Assembly (NCBI RefSeq): GCF_000143415.4
Contig: NW_003314293.1
Coordinates: 898,062-962,061 of the forward strand
Direction of reading: 5' to 3'
DNA: 64,000 nucleotides
Origin: Selaginella moellendorffii
Lineage: Eukaryota; Plantae; Lycopodiophyta
The notes below the pieces were generated by a model. That model searched no databases and was not told the DNA's origin. It saw nothing but the letters and a program-made list of their open reading frames with translations. Shown here piece by piece: positions 61,495-64,000 of this stretch. Each line of letters starts with the position of its first letter. The stretch's first letter is position 1. The position numbers and the translations under genes are program-made.

Positions 61495-64000
61495 TGTAGC
61501 GCATGTGGTTTTGACCCTTTATCCTATGGTGATTTACCATAGGATAACACCACGAAGCGGAACCTAAACCCTCTTTGTGCCACGTGACAGATGCCACGTG
61601 TCACATACCACGTGTCCATGCCACATGTCCATAGGAACCCGAGGTTCAGAGCCTTGGGCCACTGAACGAAGGAACGGTGCCAAAACTTCCAAGCACAAAG
61701 CCAAGAAGTGACGAAACTGAACCACGGAGCAACTCCCGAGCATAAAGCCCAAGGAGCAAAGGGACAGGAGCCCGGAACGACTTGGAACAGTACTAGAGTA
61801 ACCAGCATCCCAATGCCAAGACCAGCACGCAAAACGGAGCCAAATGGAGTCTGGCGCTATTTTGGCATACTGGTGGCCTAACGTGAGGACATGGGTACTC
61901 CCCCAGCTAGCATGGTGTGGAACCTTGGCTTAGACCCAAGCCGGACGCAGAACAAGGACAGGCACGCAAGCGGGAGCTAGACTATGCCTCAGGTTGGTCG
62001 GCCATGCCCGACCTACCCACTATCCTTACTATACATTTGGAACACCCCACAGCCCCCCCCCCCCCCTGAGGAACACTCGTTTTGGGCTTTCACCCCAAGC
62101 TTCCCTTAGTATCAGGAGTTAGTCTCTGGGACAAACTCGAAACTTACTAAATATGGAATGGCCCTACAATGCGAATTTCGACACGGGATGAACACCATTG
62201 TTTTCAGGCCAATCTCTACATTCCGTAGATATGCCAAATGAGCAAATCTAGACACTTTCCATAAATAGCATTTGAGACCGAAATGAGACTAACACAAAGG
62301 GCATGATAGCGAGGGTGTTTAGCAGACATGGTAAGCTATCATCCAATGATATTGAGGGACCAATCTCAATACGTGAGGGTTCTTGTCACTAGCTAGTGCA
62401 AGAAAAAACGAGACAGGAACTCCTTACCGGGCTAAGTATGCTTAGCTAATAACACATAGGAATTCCATCCTTATGCTCGTCCGGTCTAAGTACACTCGAA
62501 ATGCCCAGTTAACTCCACTAGCACAAGAGGGACTGATAAAGGGTCTAGCAATACCGATCTCCTGCCATCGTAGCAGTAAGGTAAGAGTGTCCGTAAGGAC
62601 TGGTCGACAGGTAACTTTCGATACCCGAAGTCACATTCGCGACACTCTGCCCCCCTTGGGGAAGATCGACGTCCTCGTCGATGCATACTCAAGTCTAGAA
62701 TACCGTCAAGGAAACAACTCCATAAAAAGTTCACGGTACTCACACTATGTGAGAAATGCACCAACCAACTTAAATGAGTTAGGGGGTAACCTCTTTGTCT
62801 AACGCAGATGCGCTACCAGCTCAGACACCTTCTGGCTATCGCTGACAAGGAAATGACTAACTAAGTCAGCCACCCTTGCTACTCTGGGAGTCACCCAGCT
62901 TACAAAAGTGTGATACGCCCCTGCCTGCAAGGACATAGAGAGAGAAACTAGAGGCCCCAACCCTCCTGAGCAAAGAAACCAAACCCGTCGGTAAGGTTTA
63001 GATAGACTACTGTCAACAGGTAGTTAAAGTTGTTTACACAGTCATGCCCTTTTAACGGAATAAGGAACATCGATAGAGAGGCGGGTGATGTGACCAGTCG
63101 ACAGTAGCTACCCCATAACTAGAGATTTCAACATGCACACAAAGTGCCGAAGCTAGTCTGCCTATACTGGCCCAAACTCAAAGATCAATAGATGGATAAT
63201 ATCAAAGTTATAGACAATGATATCTTAGAGACTTAAATATCAGTGAATAAATCTTAGGTTAGAACACAAAAGTATTCCAAGTAAGTTATCATCCGATAAA
63301 CTAGTAGTTGAGTATAGGAACCATCAAGATCATCATAACTGGTAAATATAGAAATCACCATCCAACAAAATTCAATAGCAAGTAGATCATCAAGGAAACG
63401 CAATGATAAAACTTTACTACCAAAAATTGTAGACAGTAAGCCAACAACTTACTAAAGATAACTCAAAGAACACAAAGTATCATTGACTGACAAGCACAAT
63501 GCTCGCAAATGTATCACCCGAAGGAAATAACATCCCAACCTATCAGAACTAACTCAAGCAATAATCAACAGAACAGAATGAATGCGGTAAGACTAACAAA
63601 CACCCATTCATGCCAACTATCACACTAGCCAATCCGAATAGATCCCAGCCAACAACACTAAGGAACTCAAGTTGCCTAAGCAAGTGTTAGCAACATCCTA
63701 CTGATGTCTCAAACCTAAGAGACCAATCCAGAGCAAACCACAAAGAACATGTGGTAGTGCAAAAAAAACCATAAGCTATCAAAGAGAACAACTAACCATT
63801 ATGAAAGATCATCAATTGTCCCATCAAAAAGATATATGCAGAATCATCATCTAAGAAGGAATCCACCATTCCGAAGAATAGAAAATCAATCCAGATTAAC
63901 GATAATCAAGCAAAACCTTCGACAAGGATAATCAACTATCCTAGATGATAGTTAATCATCACCAATGATTGCTAGATGCAAAAAATAACTTCAACATTGA
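61495..64000 (-). mobile_element. Family B copy nested in an older B interior; runs past the window end
   Basis: 3' LTR 61495-62644 (TGTAGC..GCGACA on +); PPT 62645-62657; interior colinear with B1. Predicted TSD AAAGC. Confidence 0.92.

Overview
Eukaryotic, TE-saturated plant DNA. The short PLS-PPR relic, small introns and TE types suggest a lycophyte such as Selaginella (inference). I could not support any intact protein-coding gene. The window is a stack of nested LTR elements that can be ordered by their target-site duplications (TSDs). Family A: four truncated copies of a short-LTR (~234 bp) Ty3/Gypsy chromovirus-like element. Family B: a ~7.3 kb LARD-like non-coding element with ~1.13 kb LTRs (two TSD-bounded copies, two partial copies, a solo LTR and fragments). 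Family C: a ~600 bp TRIM. There are also four Cassandra-type TRIMs carrying 5S-rRNA-derived sequence in their LTRs, one with identical LTRs. Element E is a ~12 kb non-chromovirus Gypsy with extra 5' and 3' ORFs and contains a strange TSD-bounded insert (F). A decayed, intron-containing Mutator-like transposase with a SWIM finger lies at ~50.8-54.5 kb. Host relics: a PPR pseudogene, an ABCB-transporter exon fragment, two F-box pseudogenes, and NIF-phosphatase-like and AMSH-like fragments. A direct segmental duplication links ~14.4-20.9 kb with ~54.8-61.5 kb. Most notable observations: the Cassandra plus-strand priming site resembles the tRNA-iMet D-arm; F has a PBS-like site opposite to its coding strand; B and C share LTR termini; and TE versus non-TE parts of one duplication have diverged very differently. 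All alignments and counts were done by eye.
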